Assembly (NCBI GenBank): GCA_039028615.1
Contig: JBCCHT010000047.1
Coordinates: forward strand, 1 to 64,000
Reading direction: 5' to 3'
DNA length: 64,000 nucleotides
DNA from: Myxococcota bacterium
GTDB taxonomy: Bacteria > Myxococcota_A > Polyangia > Nannocystales > Nannocystaceae
Shown here: positions 38,366-48,122 of the stretch, one piece after another
How the letters are laid out: each line of letters starts with the position of its first letter
Numbering within the stretch: position 1 is the stretch's first letter
The notes under the pieces: model-generated
What the model was told of the DNA's origin: nothing
The model's database searches: none
The model's input: only the letters and a program-made list of their open reading frames with translations
Made by a program: the position numbers and the translations under genes

Positions 38366-39460
38366 ATGGCGACGCACGACTACTACGCGACGCTGGGGGT
38401 CGACAGGCGGGCCGGCCCCGACGAGATCAAAAAGGCGTTTCGTCGGCTGACCCGCGAGTGGCACCCCGATCGCCACCCCGACGACCCCGAGGTCGCGCTC
38501 CGCTATCGCCGGATCAACGAGGCCTACAACACGCTCAGCGACTCGAGCCTGCGCTCGCGCTACGACATGAGCCAGCGCCTCGAAGGCATCGAGCTGCGCA
38601 AGGGCTTCGACGGTCGCTCCGCCCGGGACCTGCTGGGCAACGTGTTCGGCGACGTGTTCGGCACCAAGCGGGAGAAGCGACGGCGCGGGCGAGACCTCCG
38701 CTACACGCTGACCATCCCCTTCGAGGACGCGATCAACGGGTGCTTGCGCGACATCGAGTTCGAAGCGCCCGGGCCGTGCGCCACGTGCAGAGGGAGCGGC
38801 ACCGCACCGGGCGGGCGCAAGCCCGAGACCTGCACGGTGTGCGGCGGCAAGGGAGAGGTCAAGGGCGAGGGCTTGTTGTCCCGGCGCTCGACCTGCGGTC
38901 GCTGCAGCGGCATGGGGCTCATCCAGCTCGATCCCTGTGACGAGTGCAAGGGCAAGGGCACCCGACGACAGACCCGAGCATTCGCGGTGAAGGTGCCGCC
39001 CGCCACCGAGGCCGGCTCCGAGCGCGTGATCGAAGGGGAGGGGGAGCCCGGTCGCTTTCACGGTGACGCCGGGGATCTGCGCGTGACGGTCAACATCGAG
39101 CCGCACCCCTGGCTGCGTCGCAAGGGCGACGAGATTCACTGCGACGTGCCGCTGTCGATCTTCGAGGCGGCCAAGGGCGCCAAGGTTCCCGTGCCCACCG
39201 TCGATGGTCTGGTCGAGGTCGACGTGCCGCCCGGGGTACGCAGCGGTACGCGGCTGCGCCTGCGGGGCAAGGGCGTGCCGAGCCGCGGAAAGAAACGCGG
39301 GGACCAGTTCGTGGTGGTCGTGGTGGAGACGCCCGTGACCTCGGGCTTCGCCGAGGTCGACGAGGCGCTCGAGCGACTCGAGGCGGCCTGCGTGCGCTCG
39401 CCCAGCTCGTTGCCGCTCCGCATGGCCCAGCGCGAGGCGCTGGACGAAGACGCGAGCTGA
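38366..39460 (+). CDS. dnaJ: Chaperone DnaJ
   Basis: J-domain with HPD; four CXXCXGXG zinc-finger motifs; C-terminal LRLRGKG. Confidence 0.94.
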   Translation: MATHDYYATLGVDRRAGPDEIKKAFRRLTREWHPDRHPDDPEVALRYRRINEAYNTLSDSSLRSRYDMSQRLEGIELRKGFDGRSARDLLGNVFGDVFGTKREKRRRGRDLRYTLTIPFEDAINGCLRDIEFEAPGPCATCRGSGTAPGGRKPETCTVCGGKGEVKGEGLLSRRSTCGRCSGMGLIQLDPCDECKGKGTRRQTRAFAVKVPPATEAGSERVIEGEGEPGRFHGDAGDLRVTVNIEPHPWLRRKGDEIHCDVPLSIFEAAKGAKVPVPTVDGLVEVDVPPGVRSGTRLRLRGKGVPSRGKKRGDQFVVVVVETPVTSGFAEVDEALERLEAACVRSPSSLPLRMAQREALDEDAS

Positions 39461-39674
39461 CGACGCTCCGTTTTGCCGACCGTGCCCCGCTCGCCCGGTG
39501 AATTCGGGCCGGGCCGCGCTCGAGGTAGGAGCGTCTCCCCCATCGAATTCGGGCTCTGAACGGCGAACAGAGCCCGTGTCCGGTTTCGCGCGTCTGCTCC
39601 GTCACTCGATCGGCCTCGAGGCGGGTCGTCAGCGCCGCAGCCTGGTACGATCAGGTCGCGGGGTCGACGCAAGC

Positions 39675-40349
39675 ATGGTTTTCATCGACATGCCCCGGAA
39701 GGAGGTCACGCTCAAGCTCGTTTATTACGGGCCGGCCCTGAGCGGTAAGACCACCAACCTCCAGCAACTGCATCGTCGAATGCAGGGGCATACCGATGGC
39801 GAGCTCGTCACGCTCAACACGAAGGACGACCGCACGTTGTTCTTCGATCTGTTGCCGCTGCGGCTGTCGGTGAGGGGAGGGCTGTCGATCCGGGTCAAAC
39901 TGTTCACCGTGCCCGGTCAGGTCATCCACAACGCGACACGAAAGATCGTGCTGCAAGGAGCCGACGGCGTGGCGTTCATTGCCGACTCGAGGATCCGACA
40001 AACGCGAGCCAACAACGAGAGCTTCGCCAACCTCCGCGCCAACCTCCGCGACAACGGCATCGCGATGAGTGAGATCGGCACGGTCATCCAGCTCAACAAG
40101 CGGGACCTGCCCGGCATCCGCAGCGACGAAGAGGTGCGGAAGATCCAGGCCAAGGGAAGCGAGCCGGTCTACACCGCCATCGCGCTCAAGGGCGAAGGCG
40201 TGGCGCAGACCTTCCTGGGTCTCGCGTCGTCGTCGTGGCGGAAGCTCGAGCGGCGCTACGGGTTCCAGTCCAGCTTCGGCGTCACCCACGACGAGATCAT
40301 GGAGCAGATCGCCGGCGTGCTCGGGGAGAACGACACCGCATGGCGCTGA
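39675..40349 (+). CDS. MglA-family small Ras-like GTPase (paralog without adjacent mglB)
   Basis: KLVYYGPALSGKTTNL, DRTLFFD, TVPGQV, GADGVAFIADS, NKRD. Confidence 0.92.
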   Translation: MVFIDMPRKEVTLKLVYYGPALSGKTTNLQQLHRRMQGHTDGELVTLNTKDDRTLFFDLLPLRLSVRGGLSIRVKLFTVPGQVIHNATRKIVLQGADGVAFIADSRIRQTRANNESFANLRANLRDNGIAMSEIGTVIQLNKRDLPGIRSDEEVRKIQAKGSEPVYTAIALKGEGVAQTFLGLASSSWRKLERRYGFQSSFGVTHDEIMEQIAGVLGENDTAWR

Positions 40350-41620
40350 CCGAAGCGATGATGGCCAGCCCCGTCGATCGCAAGCCGACGCTCGCGGAGC
40401 TGGTGCACGCCAACGACATCGAGCGCTGCCTCAGCCCCTTCGTCGCGGGGACCATCGAAGGGGTGGGGCTCTTCGCCGACGACGGTCCCGCCTTTGCGAT
40501 CGCCAGTCGCCCCGGTGGCACGCTGACGCGCTGGGAGACCTTGCCCCCCGAGGCCATCGATGCCCTGCGGCGCGGTGGCGATCGGGCCTTCGGCGTCGAC
40601 GTCCTGCGGATCGAGGTTCGGCCGCTCTTCGCCGGAGCGGACCGGGTCGGCGTGCTGGTCGTGGCCCGGCGTGCGGGCGGAGGAGCCGGCCTCGACGGTC
40701 GCATCGCCGACGCGGTGACCGGCGTGGTGGGGCAGCTGCTGCAGGCCTCGTTTGCCGCCTGGGTGACCTCTCAGCTGCACCTGGCGGCCAGCGAGCGCTC
40801 CCACGAGGCGCTGACCAATCAAAACGCCGAGCTGCAGCGGGCCGTCGAGCACCTGCGCTACCTCGACAAGCTCAAGAGCAACTTCTTGGCCACCGTCTCG
40901 CACGAACTCCGCACGCCGCTGACCTCGGTGATCGGGTTCTCCGAGATGTTGCTCGAGGGCGTGGCCGGAGATCTTCAGGCGGAGCAGCGCGAGTACGTCG
41001 AGACGATCTTGGGGCGCGGCGAAGAGTTGTTGCGACTCATCACTCAGCTGCTCGAGATGTCTCAGCTCGAGGGGGGATCGGTCCGACTCGATCTCCAGGC
41101 GCACCCGGTCGACGAGCTCATCGCGAAGGCGGCCGACACGGTGCGGCTGTCCGCCGAGAAGGCGGGCCTGACGATGCACATCGCACCGGCCTCGGTGCCG
41201 CCCGTCGTGGCCGACGCCGACAAGATCCAACAGGTGCTGCTGAATCTGATGGGCAACGCGGTGAAGTTCTCCCGCACGGGCGGCCAGATCACCGTAGAAG
41301 CGTGCCTAGCCCCCATTCGGCGGCCATTCCAAGAAGAGACCCTCTTCGGCGAAGAAGACCCCGACGCGGTGCGGATCAGCGTCCGCGACACCGGGATCGG
41401 CATCGATCCCGAGCAGCTCGGCCGGGTCTTCGAGGCCTTCTATCAGACCGACGCCGGCCCGACTCGGGCCCACGGCGGCGCGGGCTTGGGCTTGTCGATC
41501 GTTCGCAACCTCGTCGTCGCGCACGGAGGCGAGGTCTGGGTGGACAGCGAACTCGACGTGGGCACGGTGGTGCACTTCACCTTGCCCATGGCTTCGGTGG
41601 CCGCCGAGATCGCTGGTTGA
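40340..41620 (+). CDS. Cytoplasmic sensor histidine kinase (HisKA + HATPase)
   Basis: VSHELRTPLT H-box, NLMGNAVKF N-box, DTGIGI, GAGLGLSI; no transmembrane segment; overlaps the GTPase 3' end by 10 nt. Confidence 0.93.
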   Translation: MALTEAMMASPVDRKPTLAELVHANDIERCLSPFVAGTIEGVGLFADDGPAFAIASRPGGTLTRWETLPPEAIDALRRGGDRAFGVDVLRIEVRPLFAGADRVGVLVVARRAGGGAGLDGRIADAVTGVVGQLLQASFAAWVTSQLHLAASERSHEALTNQNAELQRAVEHLRYLDKLKSNFLATVSHELRTPLTSVIGFSEMLLEGVAGDLQAEQREYVETILGRGEELLRLITQLLEMSQLEGGSVRLDLQAHPVDELIAKAADTVRLSAEKAGLTMHIAPASVPPVVADADKIQQVLLNLMGNAVKFSRTGGQITVEACLAPIRRPFQEETLFGEEDPDAVRISVRDTGIGIDPEQLGRVFEAFYQTDAGPTRAHGGAGLGLSIVRNLVVAHGGEVWVDSELDVGTVVHFTLPMASVAAEIAG

Positions 41621-41764
41621 TCTCTCGAGTTCGATCTCCCGCGCGCCTGGATCGGCTCGAAAAACCGGAGATCGGCCGCGACTTTGTCGGGCGCTCGCCC
41701 TGGCTCTTTGCGGATCCATGCGGCAAGCTTCGCGCGTTGCCTGAGTGAAAGGCGACCCGAGATC

Positions 41765-42037
41765 ATGAAGTTGCCGCAACAAGTCGAGGCGCTCGAGCGC
41801 CTTGCCGAGTCGATGTCCGTACGCGTCAGCTACGAGCCCATGGCCGGTTTGGTCCAACGCACGGGCGGGCTGTGCCGGCTCCGTGGCGAGTACCGGATCA
41901 TCATCGACCGCCGGCTCAAGCCGCCGGAGCGGCTCCAGATTTTGGTGGAAGCGCTGAACCGACTCGACCCCACGGGCTACGAGATCGATCCCGGGATTCA
42001 GCACCACTTCCCGGTTCAGGCCCAGGCCACGGGCTGA
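41765..42037 (+). CDS. Small conserved hypothetical protein
   Basis: MKLPQQVEALERLA...GGLCRLRGEYRIIIDRRL; AAAGG RBS-like sequence upstream. Confidence 0.7.
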   Translation: MKLPQQVEALERLAESMSVRVSYEPMAGLVQRTGGLCRLRGEYRIIIDRRLKPPERLQILVEALNRLDPTGYEIDPGIQHHFPVQAQATG

Positions 42038-42101
42038 GCTCGGCAACGGGGGGCCTGCTCGTCCGTGCACCCTGTGCGGGTGAACCGGGCCGAGACCGGG
42101 C

Positions 42102-42455
42102 CTAGGGGCGCAGCCACTGCTGGATCAGAGGGTTTTCGCCGAGCAGGGTCTCGACCTCCGCGCGTATCGCGGCTACGGCCTCGGGTGAGGCATCGGGCGG
42201 AACGCGAGTGCGCACCGCAGCGTCGATGAGCTGGGTGCGAGCCGTCTGCGAGTCGATCGCGCCCGAGGCCAGCGCGGCGGCAATGGCCTGCGTAGAGCCC
42301 GATTGGGGGGCCGCAGCCGCAGCTTCTGCGGCCGCCGGGCCCTGGACGGCACCCGCCTCGCTCGCGGCCTCGGTGGCTTCCGACGGAGCGACGGCATCCG
42401 AGCCTCCCACCGGCCCCAGACGATCGGCCGGGTCTGTGTCTCCCGAATTCGGCAT
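42102..42455 (-). CDS. Hypothetical Ala-rich protein
   Basis: Low-complexity N-part followed by a helical C-terminal region; start uncertain. Confidence 0.5.
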   Translation of the reverse strand: MPNSGDTDPADRLGPVGGSDAVAPSEATEAASEAGAVQGPAAAEAAAAAPQSGSTQAIAAALASGAIDSQTARTQLIDAAVRTRVPPDASPEAVAAIRAEVETLLGENPLIQQWLRP

Positions 42456-42685
42456 GTCTCGACGTCGGAGTGTATCATCGGCCCCGATTTGGTCTCGTTG
42501 CACCCGTTCGTTTCGACTCCACGTGGAGTGACCGTCGCCTTCGCCCGGGCGGGGGACACGTGCGCCGCGTCGCCGAGCCTTGTCGCTTCTACCGCCAGAC
42601 ACCCACGGGGACCGCAGGGAACGCAGTCCGAGGGGAATGGCCACGTCTGCCCGCGTTGGTACGCAGGGCCCCGCGGGAGCCGCCG

Positions 42686-45607
42686 GTGAACCTTCCAATG
42701 CAGCTCGGTCCGTACCTGCTGCTCGAGCGCGTGAGCGTCGGCGGCATGGCCGAGGTCTACAAGGCCAAGGAGTACGGCGTCGAGGGTTTCGAACGAACCG
42801 TCGCCGTCAAGCGCATCCTTCCCCACGTCGCCGAGGACGACGAGTTCATCGCGATGTTCAAGGACGAAGCGAAGATCGCCGTCCAGCTCAATCACGGCAA
42901 CATCGCCCAGATTTACAACCTCGGCAACGACCACGACAGCTTCTACATCGCCCTCGAGTACGTCGCCGGGCGAGACCTCCGCGCAATCTTCCAGCGTGGC
43001 CAGCAGCAGGGGCACCCCATGCCCATCGCGCAGGCCTGCTATTGCATCATGAAGATCTGCGAGGGGCTCGACTACGCGCACAACAAGAAGGACAAGTACA
43101 ACCGCCCGCTGAGCATCGTGCATCGCGATGTCAGCCCGCCCAACATCCTCGTGTCCTTCGAGGGCGAGGTGAAGCTCATCGACTTCGGCGTCGCCAAGGC
43201 GGCCGGCCGTGCCTCGCGGACGCAGGCCGGCATCCTCAAGGGCAAGTTCGGCTACATGTCCCCCGAGCAGGTCCGCGGCATGCCGCTGGACCGCCGCAGC
43301 GACGTGTTCTCCGTGGGCGTGGTGCTGTTCGAGATCCTCTGCGGCCAGCGTTTGTTCCAGGCCGAGACCGACTTCGCCACGCTCGAGAAGGTGCGGGCGG
43401 TCGAGGTCCCGCAGCCGTCGGTCATCAACCCGAACATCCCCAAGCCGCTCGAGACCATCATCTACAAGGCGCTCACCCGGGAGCCCGAGCAGCGCTACCA
43501 GTCGGCCATCGAGCTGCACGACGAGCTGCAGGCCTTCATGTTCGCGCAGGGGCTGTTCTACAGCCGCAAGGACCTGGCGGCGTGGATGCGCGAGAACTAC
43601 GCCCGGGAGATCGAGGCCGAGAAGGAGAAGACGGCGAGCCAGGCCGATCTTCGCCCCGAGCAGTTCAAGCCCAACGGGGGCAAGCCGCCCGGGCGGCCGC
43701 CTCCACCGCCCGCTCCGGGCCGTCCGCCTCCACCCCCGCCGCGCGGGCGAGCGGGAGGCAAGGCTCCGTCGCCACCCACCGCCGCTCATAAACCGGTGAG
43801 CATCGAGGGCCGGGCCAAGCGAGCACCCAAGCGCAAGACGATGGTCATGACCACGTCGCGCAACCTGCCGCCGCCTCCGGGCAAGCGAGCGCGGCCGGGG
43901 GCCAAGCCTCCTCCCGATCCACCCACGGTGCCTCTGACCTCGCTGCCCAAGCCGGCGAGCGCGGGGCTGCCCAAGCCGGCCAGTGCCGGCCTGCCCAAGC
44001 CGGCCAGCGCGGGTCTGCCCAAGCCGACCAGCTCGGGGCTGCCCAAGCCCCAGGGCGCGCCGAAGCCCAAGCCGCCGGTCAAAGCCACCGCGAGCTATGC
44101 GGCCACCGCCAAGCCGCCCTCCGCCGATCTCGACTGGGACGACGACGAGCTGGAGACCCGGCTCTTCGAGGGGGACGACGACGACCCGGGCGGCGGGGTG
44201 AAGGCCGGCGGAGACGACAGCGGTGTGCCCACCAAGGTGGACCAAGCGTCGCGTCCGCCCGGGCCTACCGTGATCCCGGCCCCGGGCATCGGAGCCACCA
44301 CCGACCCGGGTCCCGACAAGGGCATGACCATGGTCCCGGGTCAGGTGATGACCCCGCTGCAGATGCCGGCCTCGCCCGTGCCGTCGCCGGCGGTACCGGG
44401 TCAGCACGCACCTCCGCCCGGCATGGGTATGCCTGGGGCTGCAGCCATGGCGGCTGGAGCGGCGGCCACCGTCGCCCCCGGTGGCGCCGGGCCGGCTCCT
44501 GCGGCGCCCTACGGCGCTCCGCCGCCGTCTGGTGGCATGCCGGCTTCGCCTCCGCCCGCTGCACCTGCGCCCGGGTTCCCCAATGCGCCGGGCATGGCTC
44601 CGGCCGGGGTCGCGCCCGGCATGGTGCCGGCCGGCAACATGCCGCCGCCCGCGGGCATGGCCTACGACTTCGATGATCGCCCGCGCAAGTCGAACGTGGG
44701 GCCGATCATCATCATCGTCGTCGCCCTGCTCGTGCTCTTTGGCGCGGGCCTGGGGAGCTTCTACGTGATGCTCAAGGGCAAGAGCAGCAGCTCGACCGAG
44801 ACGGCCGAAGGGGCCGCGAAGGTCGAGGCTCCCGCAGCCGCGGCCCAAGGGGCGCTGACCGTGCAGGTCACTCCGCCCGATGCCCAGGTCACCATCGACG
44901 ACAAGCCGGTGACCGGTGCCCCCGCGGTGACTTCGGTCGCTCCGGGCAAGCACAAGGTCAAGGTGGTGCACCCCGACTATCTCGACTTCGAGTCGGAGGT
45001 CGAGGTCAGCGCGGCGGGCCTGAACCTGCCCATCACCATGCAGCCCAAGAAGGTGCAGCTCACCTTCGAGCTGGTGCCGGCCGAGGCCACTGCGAACGTG
45101 CTGTCCGGCGGCAAGCCGGTCGGTTCGGGCACCAACGCGGCGCCGCTGGCCATCGAGCGGGTGGCGGGGGCCGAGTACGAGGTCGAGGTCAGCGCGCCGG
45201 GGCACACCTCGCTGCGGCAGCCCTTGGTGTTCACCGGGGAGGCCGCGCAGGCCTTCAAGATGACCCTGACCAAGGCGGGCGGCGACACCAAGGCGACCAC
45301 GCCGAAGACGACGCCCAAGCCGTCGACGCCGAAGACGACGCCCAAGCCCACGACGCCGAAGCCCAAGCCGAAGCCCAAACCCAAGCCCAAGGCAAAGACG
45401 GCCACGCTGCGCTTCGCTCCGAAGCCCGGGGTTCCGCCGGCCAAGGTCTACGTCGACGGCAAGTTCGTGGGCACCGTGCCCGTGCTCAACGTCGCGGTCA
45501 CGCCCGGCAAGCACACCGTGAAGTTCACCTGGAGCTCGGGTCGCGCGCCCAAGACCCAGACGGTGACCGTCGGTGACCGCGAGATGAAGACGATCCGGCC
45601 CGGCTGA
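42686..45607 (+). CDS. Transmembrane Ser/Thr protein kinase with Pro-rich linker and PEGA-like domains
   Basis: GGMAEVY, VAVKRIL, HRDVSPPN, DFGVAK, GKFGYMSPEQ; TM IIIIVVALLVLFGAGLG; VTPPDAQVTIDD...APGKHKV PEGA-like repeats. Confidence 0.94.
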   Translation: MNLPMQLGPYLLLERVSVGGMAEVYKAKEYGVEGFERTVAVKRILPHVAEDDEFIAMFKDEAKIAVQLNHGNIAQIYNLGNDHDSFYIALEYVAGRDLRAIFQRGQQQGHPMPIAQACYCIMKICEGLDYAHNKKDKYNRPLSIVHRDVSPPNILVSFEGEVKLIDFGVAKAAGRASRTQAGILKGKFGYMSPEQVRGMPLDRRSDVFSVGVVLFEILCGQRLFQAETDFATLEKVRAVEVPQPSVINPNIPKPLETIIYKALTREPEQRYQSAIELHDELQAFMFAQGLFYSRKDLAAWMRENYAREIEAEKEKTASQADLRPEQFKPNGGKPPGRPPPPPAPGRPPPPPPRGRAGGKAPSPPTAAHKPVSIEGRAKRAPKRKTMVMTTSRNLPPPPGKRARPGAKPPPDPPTVPLTSLPKPASAGLPKPASAGLPKPASAGLPKPTSSGLPKPQGAPKPKPPVKATASYAATAKPPSADLDWDDDELETRLFEGDDDDPGGGVKAGGDDSGVPTKVDQASRPPGPTVIPAPGIGATTDPGPDKGMTMVPGQVMTPLQMPASPVPSPAVPGQHAPPPGMGMPGAAAMAAGAAATVAPGGAGPAPAAPYGAPPPSGGMPASPPPAAPAPGFPNAPGMAPAGVAPGMVPAGNMPPPAGMAYDFDDRPRKSNVGPIIIIVVALLVLFGAGLGSFYVMLKGKSSSSTETAEGAAKVEAPAAAAQGALTVQVTPPDAQVTIDDKPVTGAPAVTSVAPGKHKVKVVHPDYLDFESEVEVSAAGLNLPITMQPKKVQLTFELVPAEATANVLSGGKPVGSGTNAAPLAIERVAGAEYEVEVSAPGHTSLRQPLVFTGEAAQAFKMTLTKAGGDTKATTPKTTPKPSTPKTTPKPTTPKPKPKPKPKPKAKTATLRFAPKPGVPPAKVYVDGKFVGTVPVLNVAVTPGKHTVKFTWSSGRAPKTQTVTVGDREMKTIRPG
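43943..44050 (+). repeat. 24-bp coding tandem repeat, about 4.5 copies (LPKPASAG)
   Basis: ctgcccaagccggc(c/g)ag(c/t)gc.gg. units in the kinase linker. Confidence 0.9.
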
Positions 45608-45630
45608 GCCCGAGCCCCTTCGAAACGCGG

Positions 45631-45671
45631 CCGGCCGCCGCCCGTTGTTCACGACGGGTCGCGGCCGGTTC
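45631..45671 (+). terminator. GC-rich stem-loop after the kinase gene
   Basis: CCGGCCGC..CCCGT...ACGGG..GCGGCCGG followed by TTCT, between convergent genes. Confidence 0.5.
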
Positions 45672-45728
45672 TACGTTGGGCGTGTCGTCTCCTCGGAGCG
45701 ACGGCCGCGGGTATGTCTTGGCCCGGGG

Positions 45729-46592
45729 CTAGGGGCTGGGGTCGTCGCTGCGCTCAGGGCCCGACAGCGGGCTCGGGTCGGAGCGAATCACCGCCCACAC
45801 CGAGTCGGGCAGGTAGGGCGCGGCGTCCTTTTGCTCGCGCATGAAGTCCTCGCGCACGCGCTCGATACGGGCGACGGACTCCCGGCTCGTCAGTGCGCCC
45901 AGCTTGCGGCGAAGCAGGCGTCGGTGGTCTTCGTCTTCGGTCTCGACCAGCTGGCTCTCGAGGAACTGAATGGCGAGCTGGTCGGTCACCCCTTCGGTGA
46001 TGAGCGTGGCCGCGTAGCGTCGCACCAGCGGGTCGGCCCCGTGCGCCGCAGCGCGACGGATCAGCTCGACGCCCTCGGCCGCGAGCGCCTCTCTTTGTTC
46101 GGGCGTGTACCCGGGGGTCGAAGAGACCTGGTGAGTGAGCAGCATGCCGTGGGCGTAGAGCAGCTCGTGGCTCTCGGGGAACTGCTCGAGGCCGGAGCGA
46201 TAGATGGCCGAGGCTCGCTCGACGGCGGGGCGATCGATGCTGCCCGCACCGCCGTAGATGGCCGTGATGCCTCCCCACAAATAGGGACGATGGAAGCGAG
46301 GCGCCAGCGTGGTGATGCCGACGACGTAGCGCTCGACGAGGCTGGTGTCGGTCTGGCCGAGGCTCTCGCCCGCGAAGATGAGCGCCCGGACCCACACGAG
46401 GTCAGCGAGCGCTTCGCGGTAGCTCAGGCTGCCCAGCTCGAGGTAGCGGGGCGGCGGGAGCACGGTGAGGTCTTGCTCGGCGGGAAGCTGCGCGCGGCGT
46501 TCATCGACCCGCCCGTGCATGATGCCGGTCAGCGCGACCAACACGGGCAAGGCGAGCAGGGCGACGAGGCGCACACCCGATGATAGCCACAA
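45729..46592 (-). CDS. Membrane-anchored helical protein resembling the myxobacterial PilG-type pilin accessory protein
   Basis: N-terminal TM; SLSYREALADLVWVRAL...LAPRFHRPY pattern; directly downstream of the pilin gene; start may be GTG 46574. Confidence 0.6.
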   Translation of the reverse strand: MWLSSGVRLVALLALPVLVALTGIMHGRVDERRAQLPAEQDLTVLPPPRYLELGSLSYREALADLVWVRALIFAGESLGQTDTSLVERYVVGITTLAPRFHRPYLWGGITAIYGGAGSIDRPAVERASAIYRSGLEQFPESHELLYAHGMLLTHQVSSTPGYTPEQREALAAEGVELIRRAAAHGADPLVRRYAATLITEGVTDQLAIQFLESQLVETEDEDHRRLLRRKLGALTSRESVARIERVREDFMREQKDAAPYLPDSVWAVIRSDPSPLSGPERSDDPSP

Positions 46593-46631
46593 AAAAGGAA
46601 AGGGCGAGGTCGCCGTTCGGCAACCTCGCCC
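46590..46631 (-). terminator. Intrinsic terminator after the putative major pilin gene
   Basis: Minus strand GGGCGAGGTTGCC-GAAC-GGCGACCTCGCCC then TTTCCTTTTTTG. Confidence 0.85.
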
Positions 46632-46668
46632 GAGTCGGGGATGGCCCCAGACTTTCCCAGTCGGATGC

Positions 46669-47325
46669 TTACTCGACCTCTTGGTCCATGTAGAGACCGG
46701 CGGCCGCGTTCACGCCGTTCTGGTCGGCAGCGCCCGAGCGCTCGTAGGTGGAGTAGACGGTGGCGTCGCCGTCGAGGTCACCGAAGGCCTGCGCGGTGAA
46801 CTGGCACTCACCGAAGCCCGTGCCCGAGTTGCTGGCCATGAAGTTGTAGTGGAAGTAGTGCGCCTGCTCCTGCTGGAAGTTCAGGGCGTTCCACACGGTG
46901 TTGTTGGCCCACAGGTCGATTTCGTAGTAGCCGGCACCACCGCCGCCGTCACTGGGGACGCAGCGACCACCCGGGCCGAGGTTGCAGTCGAGGGCCAGCG
47001 GAGGCGTGATCTCGGCTGCGCTGGCGCCCGTCTCTTCGCCGTTTTGATGGGGGCAGCGGTGCGGCGCGAGGTCGGAGATGTTGGCACCACCGCCGATGAC
47101 CTGCACCTGGCCACGGTCGACGTGCTCTTCGTTGAAGTACGAAGAAGCGGCGTCGAAGAGCTTGGCGATCTGCACCCGTGCCTCGCTGGTCTTACTGCGA
47201 CGCATGTATTTGGTGAGGGCGGGGACCGCAATCGCGGCGAGGATGCCCAGGATCGCCACGACGATCATCAACTCGATGAGAGTGAAACCGCGTGCCTTTT
47301 GAAACTTCTTGATGTCCACGTACAT
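46669..47325 (-). CDS. pilA: Type IVa pilin, probable major pilin
   Basis: KKFQKARG|FTLIELMIVVAILGILAAIAVP prepilin motif; AFGDLDGD C-terminal motif; strong terminator follows. Confidence 0.88.
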   Translation of the reverse strand: MYVDIKKFQKARGFTLIELMIVVAILGILAAIAVPALTKYMRRSKTSEARVQIAKLFDAASSYFNEEHVDRGQVQVIGGGANISDLAPHRCPHQNGEETGASAAEITPPLALDCNLGPGGRCVPSDGGGGAGYYEIDLWANNTVWNALNFQQEQAHYFHYNFMASNSGTGFGECQFTAQAFGDLDGDATVYSTYERSGAADQNGVNAAAGLYMDQEVE

Positions 47326-47335
47326 GATGCTGCCG

Positions 47336-47375
47336 TCCTGTTCCCGTCTGTCCGTTTTGTCCGTCTGTCCGTCTG
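47336..47375 (-). repeat. Short tandem ACGGAC repeats (five GGA motifs) in the pilin 5' leader
   Basis: Minus strand cagACGGAcagACGGAcaaaACGGAcagACGGGAacAGGAcggcagcatcATG. Confidence 0.8.
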
Positions 47376-47437
47376 GGACGAGTCCGCCCCCCGCGAATGC
47401 GTAACGAAAGTCTTTGTGTTTGGTGTGCGAGACCGAC

Positions 47438-48109
47438 TTACTCGTTCTCGCGATAGAAGCCGGTTGCGTCGGTGGAGTAGTTCACCTGGTCTTCGTAGTG
47501 ATTGATGGTGAACGCCCAGTAGTTGCCGTCGAAGTCGAAGTCACAGAGCGCGTAGGCGTAAAACCAGTCGCGCGCCCAGTAGGCATCGGATCCGGCGGGG
47601 AAGATCTGGTTGGCGAGAGTCTCGGAGGGAGGCTCGTCAGCCGTGGCCGGGTCGGTGGAGTCGGTGCCGTGTCCGGAGACCGTCGCGTAGCCGCACCACG
47701 AGTTGCCACCGTCGGGGAGGAAGCGCAGAGCGTCGAAGCCGTGGACCGCTGCGCCGCCGCGGAAGAACTCGGCGTCGCCCTGAGCGGCCAGCGTGTAGCC
47801 GGCATCGGCGACGTTCCACTGTACGGGGCCTTGCTCGACCGCGATGTTCGTCGCCAGCGGGTACGTGCACGCAGCCCCTTCGCAGTCGGAGCTGCTGGCG
47901 TAGTGGCCTTGCACGGCGCGGAAGCTGCGTTGCTTGAGCGAGAGGTTCGACAGGTCCGAGATCACCTCGGTCTTGTGCGCGTTGCGTACATGTCGTGAAT
48001 AGGCCGCGATCGCGACGGCAGCCAGCACGCCCAAGATGACCACCACCATCATCAGCTCGATCAGCGTGAAGCCGTAGGAGCTTCGTGCGCGCTGAGGGGG
48101 GTGGGTCAC
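47438..48109 (-). CDS. Second type IV pilin-like protein
   Basis: RARSSYG|FTLIELMMVVVILGVLAAVAI; ALCDFDFDG C-terminal motif; start GTG 48109 chosen because the upstream ATGs lie within the sigma54 promoter. Confidence 0.88.
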   Translation of the reverse strand: MTHPPQRARSSYGFTLIELMMVVVILGVLAAVAIAAYSRHVRNAHKTEVISDLSNLSLKQRSFRAVQGHYASSSDCEGAACTYPLATNIAVEQGPVQWNVADAGYTLAAQGDAEFFRGGAAVHGFDALRFLPDGGNSWCGYATVSGHGTDSTDPATADEPPSETLANQIFPAGSDAYWARDWFYAYALCDFDFDGNYWAFTINHYEDQVNYSTDATGFYRENE

Positions 48110-48122
48110 GGATTGTTCAGTA

